The notes beneath the pieces were generated by a model. The model had not been told where the DNA came from and ran no database searches. It saw nothing but the letters and a program-made list of their open reading frames with translations. Shown in pieces: positions 1 through 13,398 of a DNA stretch of 64,000 nucleotides (its first letter is position 1; every line of letters begins with the position of its first letter). Origin of the DNA: Octopus vulgaris (Eukaryota); assembly GCA_951406725.2 (NCBI GenBank), contig OX597818.1:138756001-138820000 (forward strand), read 5' to 3'. Made by a program: the position numbers and the translations under genes.

Positions 1-1203
1 AGGCATACAGGTAAATGTTTATATTATTATACAGATGTTATCTACAAGTCTATTGACAAGTAACACTTAAGTATTTGTATGTGAATAGATATTCTCATTA
101 TTACGTGCAGTGTGTATGTATAAATGTATAAATAAGTGTATGTCTCAAGTATTCACAAAAGCACTCAGACAATCACCTGTTTCTCTCATATGATAAGTAG
201 ACTATCTCTAAATATACTTATACCAACGTAATTACTTAAAAATTGCAGGCATCAAAGTGAATAATCAGAATAGTGCACACACATTCTTCCCTTGTGTGTG
301 TGTGTGTGTACATGCAAATACGTATATGTATTTATGTGAGTTGGTTTGTAAGAATATATAAATGGAAAAAGGTGCTTTTCAAGTGTTTGTGCATAAGAGT
401 TAGTGAATGCTCAAAAGTTCTATATTTAAATGTACGTAGTGTTCTGTTCGTAAGTAAATGAGTGTGAGGGTGGGTGGCTGTTATGAGTGGAGAGGTGCGA
501 GAGCTTTTGTATATTAAAATGTTTGTGTAAGCTACAGGATGAGAAATAATAAAAAAGCCTGAGTCAGTTTCTTGTTTAAAAAAAATATGGAATTCCAGAC
601 GGGAGAAGCACTAAGTACCTTGAAGAATTTGTGCCAAACAGAAGCATTCTTTCACTACAAAAGAGCACAATGAAAGCTACTTCACATATTTCAACAGGTA
701 AGGAATTCTGTTGCCTTGATTCTGCTGCCAACTGTTATGCAAGCAAAGAATAATGAGCAGCAACTTATGTGTCTAAACAATGCTGACCCACAAAATGACA
801 CCTGTATTCCAATATACCTTATAAAAATAGTTTTGTTTCCCTCCTCTCTTTCTTTTACTAGTTTCAGTCATTGAACTCTGGCCATGCTGGGTATGCCATT
901 TTGGGGGTTTTAGTTCATCATACCAACACCTAGTATGTATTTTAGTCTGATACTTACTTTATCAATCTCTATTTATTGAAAAGCCAAGTTAATAAATTTT
1001 GACTTAAAAGAAAACAGCTCTACATGCTGAATTGCAAAGCATGCACTTGCATGCATTCTGGTTCATTTGAAGCATTGAGAAATTTGAAAATAGTCTTCAA
1101 AAGAACTGCTCAAATGCAAATGAAACTAAAATGTCATACAAAGTGTTTTAAAACACGACTGTGAGTGTGGAATCAATATAAAAACTAAGCAATTGTCATA
1201 TTA

Positions 1204-1507
1204 CAGGGATTCCCTGACTTGCGTGAGTGAGTTCAAATTGCGCGAAATTCGACTTGCGTGAGCCAACTTTTGATATCGAGTGTTCAGGTTGCGTGAGTTG
1301 TATTCTCGACTTGCGCTTGTTGTAAAAATATTTATTATCCATGGTTGCATTGCCTTGTCTGTTATCTTGTTATCTATCCATCATTTCAAATATACATAAA
1401 GTAAAAATAATTGTGTTTGAGTAATTGATAACAATATCTGGTACTCGACTTGCACGAATTTCGAATTGCGCGTCCCCCAACTACTCGCGCAAGTCGAGGA
1501 GTCCCTG
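1204..1507. mobile_element. Tc1/mariner (pogo/Tigger-like) MITE
   Basis: TIRs CAGGGATTCCCTGACTTGCGTGAGT / ACTCGCGCAAGTCGAGGAGTCCCTG, flanked by TA on both sides; internal repeated (C)GACTTGCG motifs; no ORF. Confidence 0.8.
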
Positions 1508-1835
1508 TATATATATGATGAATACTTTTAACCGTGTTGGTATGTTTAATGATAATCTCAACATAGAGACTCTCAAGGGTAAAAACTGAAATCTATGAAA
1601 TTTAAAATGTTGTCATTGCGTATGTAATGCTACTGTGCACAGATAAGCCAAGAGAAAATGAAAATGTAAAAGGTACAAATGTATAGAAGGGATCATATAT
1701 GAACTACTTGAGAGAAGACTGAGTTGGTACAGGCATAGGATTAATGCATATGAGAAGATGATGAGGGATAGAAGTGTTGAGTAGTCCAAATGAAAGGATT
1801 CTGTGAAAGGAGGCTGAGGAAGACAGATGAGGTAG

Positions 1836-2261
1836 TACTCTCTTTTACTCTGTTACTTGTTTCAGTCATTTGACTGCGGCCATGCTGGAGCAATGCCTTT
1901 AGTCGAGCTAATCGACCCCGGGACTTATTCTTTTGTAAGCCCAGTACTTATTCTATCGGTCTCTTTTGCCGAACCGCTAAGTGACGGGGACGTAAACACA
2001 CCAGCATCGGTTGTCAAGCAATGCTTGGGGGACAAACACAGACACACAAACATATACACACACACATACATACATATGTATATGTATATATATACATATA
2101 TACGACAGGCTTCTATCAGTTTCCGTCTACCAAATCCACTCACAAGGCATTGGTCGGCCAGAAGCTATAGCAGAAGACACTTGCCCAAGGTGCCACGCAG
2201 TGGGACTAAACTTGGAACGATGTGGTTGGTAGGCAAGCTACTTACCACACAGCCACTCCTG
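1836..2261 (-). mobile_element. SINE family A (tRNA head, CORE-like segment, internal TA/CA microsatellite, AAGAGTA tail)
   Basis: On the minus strand: A-box TGGCTGTGTGG, B-box-like segment, CCTTGGGCAAGTG CORE-like segment. Near-identical to copies at 11281, 24649, 33821 and 37789. Confidence 0.88.
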
Positions 2262-2377
2262 AAGGTTTAATCTCACTATGGCGAATTTCACAAAGGATCT
2301 GCAATAAATGGGAAAATGCTGTGCTAGAAAAGACCTGTCCAAACAATCAAACATGGCAATATAAGTGTAAAATGTGG

Positions 2378-2668
2378 ATCATCATCATCATCATCATCAT
2401 CATCATCGTTTAACGTCCGTTCTCCATGCCAGCATGGGTTGGACGGTTCGACCGGGGATCTGGGAAGCCAGGAGGCTGCACCAGGCTCCAGTCTTATCTG
2501 GCAATGTTTCTACAGCTGGATGCCCTTCCTAACGCCAACCACTCCGTGAGTGTAGTGGGTGCTTTTTACGTGCCACCCACACAGGTGCCAGGCGAGGCTG
2601 GCAACGGCCACGGTCGGATTGGTGCATTTTACGTGCCGCCAGCACGGAAGCCAGTCGAGGCGGCGCTG
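2378..2668 (-). mobile_element. SINE family C 3' part with ~60-bp internal units and (GAT)n tail
   Basis: GGTTGGCGTTAGGAAGGGCATCCAGCTGTAGAAAC segment and (CAT)n tract on the + strand; matches copies at 44030, 44845, 49287 and 63205. Confidence 0.85.
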
Positions 2669-5070
2669 ATGATAATATTTGGTTTCATAACTATTGTGTA
2701 ATCAGTTTTTGCTTAAATTAGATCTAATTTACCTGAGAAGTGTTTATCAATTTTTTTCTTCTTTTTGATAAAATATAACGCGATAGAAAAAAAAAATGGA
2801 AACCTTAACTGATGTAAAATAGATTTATACAATGGTTTATTTATAATTAAATGGCATATTTAGAATTTAGGTTTCTGCTCCATCGTATACTCATACTCAA
2901 TGTGGATGTCTTCAGTGACATTTGTACTTTCCTATCAGGATAACATATAGAATTAGAGACTATCATATATTTGCCCTCTTTGGAAGGTTGTTTGCATAGT
3001 TACTCACAAGCTCCTATTTACATCTTGATAAACAATGAGATGAATCCTGTGAATTTGTGTGTGTATATTTTACTCAGAGCGTTTGTTTTAATTGTGCGTG
3101 TATATGAGAGAGAGCATATATAGATGTATAGATAAGTAGATTGTGCGAGTGTAATATATATGTATATATATATATATACAGACAAGCATTTATATTGTGT
3201 GAGTGTATGTGCGTGTGTGTGTAATATATATGTATATATATACAGACACATGCATTTTTATGGAGATACACAATCATACACCTTGTACATACATGCATAA
3301 AGATATAACTTCATGTGTGCATTTATACATTGTGCATTTATACACACCATACATACATTGATATTCGCATTGTCTATGTTTGTTTAGATATGAGTGTGTA
3401 TTAGTGTGTGCCTCTATATGTATATTCATATGCATGCGTATAATAATGTATGTCTGCGTTGTGTATAAGTATACTTTGTGCTATTCTTGTTCTCTGCTGG
3501 TAAACTGATAAAATACTTCGCAACATGCTATTGATATTGAAATATATATTTTTCATTGGAGAAATTTTAGCTGCTTTACTGCAACAAGAGAACTAAAACA
3601 AAAGTGAAAACAAGATACTGAAGAAAGCCTTCTAATGCACAAGAAGCCTTTCAAAAACAAAAACATAATTTCCGCAAGATATATGTTTATAATAGAGGAA
3701 AATGATTAAAATGAATTAAGTGTGTAACATAAAGACATCATTCTGCTAACAAGGTTCCATATTCTTGCCCTTACCAAGAACTCTTGGGAATATAATGGCT
3801 GCAGGAACTGATCAGACATTTGTCATTATTATATGCAAATATATTCATATATATTCTGGTGTATGTTAGAACATGCTGGGATAAATTTTGATATCATTCT
3901 TTCTCTCTCTCTCTCTCTTACACATACACATACACACTCATATACACACTCACAGATGTACATGCATGTTTGTGTGAAAGTGATAGTTATGCACAGTATA
4001 ATGAGATAAATAAGATATATTTTTATCAGAATGTGGATATATTGATACTTATGGGAAAGAAATGGATTTACATGCCACCTATGGCCTTTCTTACATTTCT
4101 CTTTGTTATGTATGTGTGTATATATATATATACACACACACACATGTATATGTGTATGTATGTATACACACACACACACACATGCGTTTTGACATGGCTG
4201 TGTGGTTAAGAAGTTAGCTTTGTAGCCATGTGGTTTTAGGTTCAGTCCCACTGCATGCTATGACTTCCATTGTAGCTCAAATGAGTTCTAAGTGAATTTG
4301 GTGACAAAAATCATGTGATGTTAAAATTTGGGTAAATAAGTTATTTTTTATTTAACATAACTAATCTGAGAACTTTCTGGTGCCACAGTATGTGTCTATA
4401 TGTATATATAGACATGTATGGCATGTTGAAAATATCAGTTTTTGTCTAATTGCTGAAGCAACATTTGACCTAATTAGTACTTAGATGAGTAACTGAGTGA
4501 GTGGGATTTTAGGTATTGTAAGTATCTTTTAGATAGTCCCAGCACCATAATAAAATGCACTCTATAGTGGTTGACAGTAGGTAGTGCATCTAGTTGTAAA
4601 ACCATTCTTAAAAGAGAACATATAAGGGCGAGGTTGGACTCTGACCTATTTAGGACAAATAAGAACTGACTCAGTTTGTGACAAACTGTCCACCCCATAG
4701 AAAAAAAGACATAAAATGATGTGTATGATGTATGAGCAAATATATGTAAATGTATATAAATCTGTGAGTAGATATTCTGCTGCAAACCCAGAAGAATCGT
4801 ACATTGAAAAGCATTTCGAAGTATGCTTAAATATACATATAAAATGCATGCATTTATGTTCTTATCAGTTTCAATTCAATGCTTTATATGTTTGTGTGTA
4901 TGTGTGTGTATTTATAAATACAGTATTAACTGGCTCTGTGTACAAACTTAACATAAATATCTATAATCACTCAAAATTATTTTATGGCTTAGAACATCTG
5001 TATGCCTATATAGTGTATCTGTATTCATTCGCTCACACATACCAACACTTTTTTTTTTGTACACATAACG

Positions 5071-5114
<44 letters not shown>

Positions 5115-6090
5115 ATATGTGTGACTAATACATGCACAATTTAAATGCTTTCTAATTAACTTATCATAAATTGTGCCAGTGAATAAATTAAGAAAAAAAA
5201 AACACTTCTCTTTATATTTTTAATGTGTTAGTGAATGCATAAATATTTTGCATATCTATAATTTGTCTCCATAGGAAACAAAAATAAAAATGTATATTTT
5301 TCCTATCAAAACCTTTAAATGTTTCATAATTAGATATTTCAGTTTTATAAAATGAAATTTATAAGAGAACTAAGAAAACAGATGCCATGTTTACAATAAA
5401 ATAACTGCTTCCGGTTCTTTATAATTTGATGCAAAAGCCATGCATTCTCTTGTGTATATGTGTGCATACAATATATACACATGCACATGGTTCACAAGCA
5501 ATAATATAAAGCATACACAAAAATGTCAGTTTTGCTCAAAATAGAATTTAAAACAGATTTCTAAACGGGGCATCCATTTTGTTTTTAATTGTAGTTATTC
5601 TTTTTTTTTTTTTTTTTACTATTGAAATATTTCTTTTTCTTAAACACTTTTTGAAACATTTTTATCTTGTGCGATGGATGGTCCTTCAAATTTCAGAATT
5701 TTGCAAGAATTTCTGATTCTACCTTAGCCAAATGCTTATTGTAGTTCCAACAATAGCACTGTAAATTTGTAGTGTGTTTATGTCCAAGTTTGGTAGTCAG
5801 TCAGCAGTGGAGCCGTAGTTTATAGCTTGTGACAGCCCTCACTCATCTTAGCTACACCTGCAGATGTGAAAGTTACAGCGAACCAATTCATCTTCAGTTG
5901 AATTACTGTTTATAATTATTTCACTTAACTCTTGTAGTTGTCATTGAGAAATGTTTGAACATCATAATTCTCATTTTTCACCTTTTCCCTCCACTACATA
6001 GAACTTACCAGGAAAGGCAGAAAAGCAGTATTGATTGGCAATGAGAGGAATAATTTATCTTCAGTTGAATTACTGTTTATAATTATTTCA

Positions 6091-6376
6091 CTTAACGTCC
6101 GCTTTCCATGCTAGCATGGGTTGGACGGTTCAACTGGGGTCTGTGAAGCCAGAAGGCTGCACCAGGCCCAGTCTGATCTGGCAGTGTTTCTATGGCTGGA
6201 TGCCCTTCCTAACGCCAACCACTCCAAGAGTGTAGTGGGTGCTTTACGTGCCACCCGCGCAGGTACCAGACAGAGCTTACCAGGAAAGGCAGAAAGGTAG
6301 TATTGACCGGCACAGGGGCCAGGCGAGGCTGGCAACGGCCACGAATGTATGGTGCTTTTACGTGCCACTGGCACCA
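6091..6376 (-). mobile_element. SINE family C copy lacking the (GAT)n tail and carrying a locally copied 41-bp segment
   Basis: Same family-C body; 6272-6312 duplicates 6000-6040. Confidence 0.8.
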
Positions 6377-6439
6377 TATATATATATATATCAGATTTGG
6401 TTGTGAGGCACAAATTCCATTGCTTCGTTGGTAGACAGA

Positions 6440-6740
6440 AACATTGTGAGTGGATTTGGTAGTCAAAAGCTGAAAGAAACTTATTGTATGTATGTGAGTG
6501 TCACTGTCTTCCTGTCTTGACGTATGATTATTGCAAATGAGTGTCACCATTATACAAGCAATGTCCTTCATTTCTAATCTTCTATGAAAATGTCTGATAA
6601 TGGGGAAATATTACATTACTGGTAAACAGGTGAGAGTTGGTGACAGGAAGGGTATCCAGCTTTAGAAAATCTGTTTCAACAAGTTCTGTCCAACCCATGC
6701 AAGCATGGAAAAGTGGGTGTTAGAAAATGAATATAATGAT
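6440..6740 (+). mobile_element. Old composite SINE (family-A-like body joined to family-C-like 3' end)
   Basis: TTGTGAGTGGATTTGGTAG segment followed by GTTGGTGACAGGAAGGGTATCCAGC and CAACCCATGCAAGCATGGAAAAG. Confidence 0.6.
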
Positions 6741-8526
6741 AATATTGCAGTAAGACTTGTATGAACTTAATCTCAACTGAAAGTGTTCAATAAATTGCTA
6801 TAAGTTACTTGGGGCTACAAAGAAAGTCTATAGCAAAGAATTAAAAATCTCAGTACAATATGTGTGTTTACTGTTATCTCACAGTCTCTTCCATGACAAA
6901 CATATATGTCTGTATATAAAATATTCTGTGCATGATATTGAATATAATCATTGAGATACTGTTGATAAAGTAAAGAAGTTGGATTTGTTTGTTAGCTCCC
7001 AAGCAAGATCCTATTGAACAGAGCTGCAAATGAAAACCATTCAAGCCATTACCACCCTATCTTGTATTCAGATGTTTTGTATGTAGGACTGCATTATCCA
7101 ATGTGTCTGTTCTTCTTTGTAAGATGGTATAGGGTGTGATTTGATAACAACTTTTGGTTGCCGTATCTTGTACATTGAGCAAGCACACAAACACTCCCCC
7201 ATTGGCTCATATTGAAAGAATTACTTTCTAGTAGTATTCACCACAAAAGAAAGTGGCAGACATACAACATACAGAATACTTTAATCATAAGGGCCAGAGG
7301 TATTGGTGAATCTCTGAAACAAAATTTTTATTCTGTCTGGTCATAAATCCTTGTTTGAGTATCTTTCAAATTCTATTAAAATGGTGATAAAATTTTGCCT
7401 TCATACATCAATGAATGTCCAGAAATTTATCATATATAGGTGAAGGACTAGACTCCTGTATTTTTTGAAGTTTTGCATTTTTCAATTCTATAAATTCTTT
7501 GCAGATTTATTAACAGTAGTGATCTATTATTATCCACACTAAGTTCTGAATTCAACATTTCTGGATATTTATTAACTCTGAAACAGAAGTATCGCAATCA
7601 GCTGATATTTGATTCTATAGATTTGGTTTCAATCTCTAGTGTCTTATCATTTTCTCTACGATTATTTTCACTATCTTCACCAGTACATATGTTTTAGAGT
7701 AACGTTACACTGTACTTATTCCTAATAGTTCATATTCCGGTTGATATCCTAACATATATTCTGGATGCATTTTTCCCCAAAGATATTCCTCTTACAGTAT
7801 TACACACATTCTAGCAAACTCTTCAGTGTAAAGATTAGGGAAATGATGCTAGTTAAATTGGAATCAGTAATTGGTAAATTGCCAAGCACTGTCAATGGTT
7901 TTATTTCCCTCACCCAATCCTGTGCTAAATAATTGGTCAGTTGATCAATAAAGTGCATGCTAAATTCTTGTTGCCCAAATACTAGCTTTGCAAAATTTTT
8001 TTTCTTCTCTCAGATTCTGAGAACTTTAGGTTAGCTTTCTAACATTCTGTTTTTGCTTTCTTCTTCTCCTTCTCTCTCTACACCTCTTCTCTTGATTTCT
8101 TCACATCTGTGATGCACTAAGCCAAATGCAAATGTACATATGTATATATATGCAAACACATCCATATACATTATAGCTCTGAACTTTATCTGCTAATGGA
8201 TGTAATTTTTATTATAAAAAGTAGGAGAGTCGAACTCATTAATACAAACATGTACACACACACACACACATACACACACACATGCAGAGCTGACCATGTA
8301 TCAGATAGATGTGGTATGAGGATTCTGAATTACGAATTATGTGTCTAACATATTCTCGTACAATCATAAGCATACAAATTCACATATGTATGCAGACCCC
8401 TCACAGTTCTGTTTGCTTGCCTCTTTGTATTGAATCATCCAAACTTGTTACTACCTCAATAATACTTAGAGCATTGTTTGTAATACATAACTACAGATAT
8501 ACATGCACACATATTCATGACATTTA

Positions 8527-8562
<36 letters not shown>

Positions 8563-8612
8563 AATATATATATATGTGAATATATATATGTGTGTGTGTG
8601 TAAATATGTATG

Positions 8613-8647
<35 letters not shown>

Positions 8648-8650
<3 letters not shown>

Positions 8651-8806
8651 GGGAAGCTTTATGAAAATAAACAAAAGACGAAGGCAGGTGGAATACAAAC
8701 AAACAATTGTATTAGTATGGCGCAATATAAATAAAACAAGTCTTTTACGTTTCGAGCCTACGCTCTTCAACAGAAAGATACACAGAAAAGAAACACGGAG
8801 AGAAAC
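8648..8806 (-). mobile_element. Short Penelope-like-element-type fragment in (TA)n, HHR family 1
   Basis: Flanked by (TA)n on both sides; homologous to 9207-9391 and 19506-19690; contains a hammerhead-like motif. Confidence 0.65.
8741..8778 (-). ncRNA. Minimal type-I hammerhead-ribozyme-like motif (variant core CUGUUGA)
   Basis: Minus strand: TCTTT-CTGTTGA-A-GAGC(GTAG)GCTC-GAAAC-GTA^-AAAGA. Stem I TCTTT/AAAGA, stem II GAGC/GCTC, palindromic ACGT stem III. Confidence 0.6.
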
Positions 8807-8844
<38 letters not shown>

Positions 8845-9206
8845 ATATGTATGTATTTATATGAATACAGTAGCGGCCATAATATAAGAACAAGTGAATT
8901 GAAATAGTTAGTATAGAAGATTAACTACATGTTGAGACTAGATATTTTACACATATCTAGATATTGTCTAGTATCTATCTTTCATAAAAATTTCAAGTGA
9001 TTGGAATAACTATTTCGTAAGTTATGAGGAAATAAACAATCTTCTAAATTGCAGCTGACACAAGTTAAGGGTCACTTAGAAAGAAATGAACTACTAACTG
9101 AGGCATTTGTTTAGAAGACTGCTAATATATATGTTTATGTTTATGTTTTCCAGTTTCAGCTCTTGAGCTGTGGCCATGCTGGGGCACCACCATATATATA
9201 TATATA

Positions 9207-9389
9207 TAGGGAAAGTTTACGAAAGAAACAAAAGACGAAGACAGGTGGTGTACAAAACAAACAGATGTATTAGTATAACGCTCAGGAATAGAAAAAGTCT
9301 TTTACGTTTTGAGCCTACGCTCTTCTACAGAAAGGTACACAGAAAAAGCAAGGAGAGAAAAAATGTGTGTAGTGGCTAATGATCTATCA

Positions 9390-9391
<2 letters not shown>
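9207..9391 (-). mobile_element. HHR family 1 element, copy 2 (GAAA mutated to AAAA)
   Basis: Homologous to 8648-8806; motif at 9298-9335 reads CTGTAGAAGAGCGTAGGCTCAAAACGTA on the minus strand; (TA)n flanks. Confidence 0.65.
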
Positions 9392-9447
<56 letters not shown>

Positions 9448-10298
9448 GCTTATTTTTCATAGTCATACATGTGTATTCGTACAACTAATATAAACTTGCA
9501 CTCTTATATGCATTCTTTATTATATATACCAACACACAAGCACTTTCTATCACTCTCCCTCACACACAGACATGCACACACGTGTGCACACACACACACA
9601 CACATGCACATAGAGCACCTAATATTCATTCATTTGAAGCTTGTTCTGTTAGTCAGATCTTGTCATGAATGAGTGATACTTTTTGTCACCTGAAGCAATG
9701 GACATAGCAAGAAATTAACTATGAGCAGCAATGGAATGAAGAATTATCAGCTTTGAATGAATTAAGAGTCTTGAATACATTATTGAATACCTTTTCTTCT
9801 GTTTATTTATCTTAATGTGTATGTGTTGTTCAGAAATCAAAAATATAACAATTTTAGCCATAGGCAGCACTCTGGACTTTACTGAAGTAGTCTGAAGACA
9901 TCATTGCTAGATGGAGAAATGTATGATAATGTTACTCTTTGGCTGGGAATTGTGCAGCTGTGAGGAATGTTCATAATGAAGCTAAAACAATAGCTTCATT
10001 TAGTTCAAGCAAAAATATAACATTGAGGTTGCTAATTATTAGATTTTATTATTTTCTTTTTCCTTGAGAAAATGTGATGAAATTCTCTATGTAAAACTTA
10101 AAATAGAAAATGTGAATAGGTTTTATATATGTATATATGTATATACTATATATATATATATATATATATTGGTGTTATTAAAATGTGTCAAAGATGGAAA
10201 AGACAAATTAAATTGGTAGTGTCTTTCTTAAAATAAATAACCATTTCAACATGGAAAATAACATAATTATGATATTTATCAATCAAATAATAATGATG

Positions 10299-10352
<54 letters not shown>

Positions 10353-10518
10353 GTGTTGACCGGCTGTGTGGATACAGGATTTGTTTTGTAATCACATGAT
10401 GATTTCCACTACATTGTATGTAAGGCACTTGTCTACTGTGTACTACTTACAATCAATGAGTGGAATTGGTAGATGGAAACTTAAGTAGAAGCCTGGTGTG
10501 TGTGTGTGTGTGTGTTTT

Positions 10519-10805
10519 AATATTTCACTTAGGTATAGCGAGACTAATATGCCCTGGTGTAGAACTCAATATACATATGCTTCAGAACACAATATTAGAT
10601 GAGTATAAAGTAGTAATAAGAACAAAGAGATGACAATGGAAAAAAAAACAAAGGTTATCTAATGAACTTCATTGGCTTACAGCTGTTTCTGCTATAAGAT
10701 GCAGTGGACTCCTAGTTCATTCTACAGCTTCATCAGAGCCTTTAATATAAAGTGCACTTTATTTGGGAAAATTACATTTTTGAAGCATACATGTATTGCG
10801 AGTGA
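10519..10805 (-). mobile_element. HHR family 2 element (~290 bp)
   Basis: Homologous to 41148-41350 and 56734-56959; terminal motif AATATTTCACTTAG; contains a hammerhead. Confidence 0.65.
10674..10740 (-). ncRNA. Type-I hammerhead ribozyme
   Basis: Minus strand: GGCT-CTGATGA-A-GCTGTAG...TTATAGC-A-GAAAC-AGCT-GTA^-AGCC. Canonical CUGAUGA and GAAA, stem I GGCT/AGCC, palindromic stem III ACAGCTGT; the first stem II pair is an A/A mismatch. Confidence 0.75.
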
Positions 10806-11280
10806 GAAAGGCTATGTTGATGCCTGTGGACAATTCTGTCCATAATTTATTCTCTGACCCATGCAAACCTGTAAGAGTTATGTTAAAATGATGATATCTG
10901 AATATGTGTGCATATGTGTATGAATGCTTACATTTTGCATCTTTTTGCATGAGTATTAAGTAAAAATTATGGTATTGTTATGTTAATATTCTGTCAACAA
11001 ATTCTCCTCTAGTTCTGTACTTTTGAAGAAAGGCGAATCCTTTTCTTGACAAATAGATGAAAGTTAATGTAAGGAAGGGTATCTTAAATTGTAAAGTCAT
11101 GTTCTAATAAATATTTGTCATTGTTAGCATGGAAAAAATTATTGGTAAACCAGAAGAAATGAATGCTAGATTAATGAATGAAAGAAAAGAACAAATGAGT
11201 GATATAAAATACATTAATTAAGCAATTCTGTGCTATGTCTAGCCAAAATTGCCCTACAGATATAACATAGACTGGACAGT

Positions 11281-11678
11281 GGCGCAGGAGTGGCTGTGTG
11301 GTAAGTAGCCTGCTTACCAACCACATGGTTCCGGGTTCAGTCCCACTGCGTGGCACCTTGGGCAAGTGTCTTCTACTATAGCCTCGAGCCGACCAAAACC
11401 TTGTGAGTGGATTTGGTAGACGGAAAATGAAAGAAGCCCGTCGTATATATATGTATATATGTGTGTTTGTGTGTCTGTGTTTGACCCCCTAGCATTGCTT
11501 GACAACCGATGCTGGTGTGTTTATGTCCCCGTCACTTAGCGGTTCGGCAAAAGAGATGATAGAATAAGTACTGGGCTTACAATGAATAAGTCCCGGGGTC
11601 AAGTTGCTCGATTAAAGGCGGTGCTCCGGCATGGCCACAGTCAAATGACTGAAACAAGTAAAAGAGTAAAAGAGAGTA
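11281..11678 (+). mobile_element. SINE family A, full length
   Basis: GGCGCAGGAGTGGCTGTGTGGTAAG...GGTTCAGTCCC head, CORE-like segment, AAAGAGTAAAAGAGAGTA tail. Confidence 0.9.
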
Positions 11679-11799
11679 CGTGATATAGTTCTTAGCTATT
11701 TTTATTTAAAAAATTTTTTAAAATTTTATCTAGTTTCAGCTCATGAGCTGTGACCATGCTGGGGCACCGCCATTCTAATGTGCCTTTTAATGCTTAGCT

Positions 11800-12200
11800 T
11801 ATGGGCCCGATTTCCTGGTTTCAATGGCGTATGTGTTCCCCAGCTGTACGGGATGCCAGTCCATCGCAGCATTACTCATTTTTGCCAGCTGAGTGGACTG
11901 GAGCAATGTGAAATGAAATATTTTGCTCAAGAACACAACGTGTCACCTGGTCCAGGAATTGAAACCACAATCTTACGATCATAATGCTGACACAAGCCAT
12001 CATTGTTATTGAAGGGAAAGGTAAAAGCTGATACAGCTTGGCACCAGTGATGTTGCAACTCATCTCTGCAGCTGAGTGAACTGGAGCAACGTGAAATAAA
12101 GTGTTTTGCTCAAGAACACAACACACAGCCTAGTCCAGGAATCAAACTTACTACCACATGATTGTGGACCTGATGCTCTAACCACTGAGCCATGCACCTT
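11800..12200 (-). mobile_element. Two adjacent tRNA-derived SINEs (family E) sharing a TTGAGCAAAA...TTGCTCCAG...CACTCAGCTG body
   Basis: CAGCTGAGTG(G/A)ACTGGAGCAA...TTTTGCTCAAGAACACAAC...TCCAGGAAT occurs twice (about 11886 and 12069) with different 3' parts. Confidence 0.7.
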
Positions 12201-12374
12201 TGGTTATACTTAGTTTTTTTCACTGAGTACCTGAATACCAGAGATTCTTTTAGTGAAGGCTGCTAGCCTTGGATTACTCAACAACACTAAGACCTGTTAA
12301 CAATAGTATCAAAAATTAGTTATTATTGTTTAAAGAGTGTTGAAGGTTTTTTTTTAATACATGGTTCATTGAAG

Positions 12375-12590
12375 CTGGTGAGCTGGCAGAATTGTTATCA
12401 TGCTGGAGAAAATGTTTAGTGGCATTTTTTCTGATTTTGCATTTTGAGTTCGAATTCTGCTGAGGTTGACTTTACCTTTCATCCTTTCATGGTTGATAAA
12501 ATAAGTAGTAGTTGAGCACTGGGGTCAATGTAATTGCCCCCCCCCACCCCAAAAAAAAATTGCTGGCCTTGTGCCAAAATTTGAAACTGA
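12375..12590 (+). mobile_element. SINE family B, diverged
   Basis: GAGCTGGCAGAAT...GAGTTCGAATTC...TTTCATCCTTTC...GATAAAATAAGTA. Further diverged copies lie at about 14815-14970, 43725-43940, 49140-49260 and 31915-32130. Confidence 0.7.
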
Positions 12591-12884
12591 ATCTGAAACC
12601 AATATATGGCTCATTGATTGGTTGCTTTGTTAGCATGTTTCTTTTCCGAAAGACTCTATTTTGCTTTATTACATTTGCTAGGAATGAATTAAGCTTTAGC
12701 CTCACTTGGTGATAGTGTGATGAGAGCTTGGCAGAACATCAGTTTACCAAGCACACCTGCCAAATTTTGGAATGAGGAGCAGGCAGAGGAAAAATGAAAA
12801 CAGACTTCTCCTTAATCTTTTCAACCAAATTGTTATGAATATATTAGTCAAGTATTTAAGGTTGTGAAATTGAGCTCAGAACTT

Positions 12885-12893
12885 GTGTGTGTG

Positions 12894-12941
<48 letters not shown>

Positions 12942-13201
12942 GTTTGTATATATATATGTATATATATATTATATATGTTTGTATATTATATATATATATA
13001 TATATATATGTAAATATGTATGTATGTGTATATATATATATATATATGTAAATATGTATGTATGTATGTGTGTATATATATATATATATGTAAATATGTA
13101 TGTATGTATGTGTATATATATATATATGTAAATATGTATGTATGTGTATATATATATATGTAAATATGTATGTATGTGTGTATATATATGTAAATATGTA
13201 C

Positions 13202-13233
<32 letters not shown>

Positions 13234-13350
13234 GTAAATATGTATGTATGTGTATATATATATATATATGTAAATATGTATGTATGTGTATATATATATA
13301 TGTAAATATGTATGTATGTGTGTATATATATGTAAATATGTACGTGTGTC

Positions 13351-13385
<35 letters not shown>

Positions 13386-13398
13386 ATATATATATATA
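12885..13398. repeat. Compound (TA)n/(TATG)n microsatellite with recurring GTAAATATGTATGTATGTG subunit
   Basis: Direct reading. Confidence 0.9.

Noticed and set aside
588-703. Possible alternative first exon ending at CAG|GTAAGG
   Set aside because: The frame that would splice in phase 0 to the PDZ exon has a TGA just upstream, and the nearby ATG gives the wrong phase.
11281-11360. tRNA gene candidates at SINE heads (families A, B, D)
   Set aside because: A/B boxes are present but continue directly into SINE bodies in multiple copies; no convincing cloverleaf.
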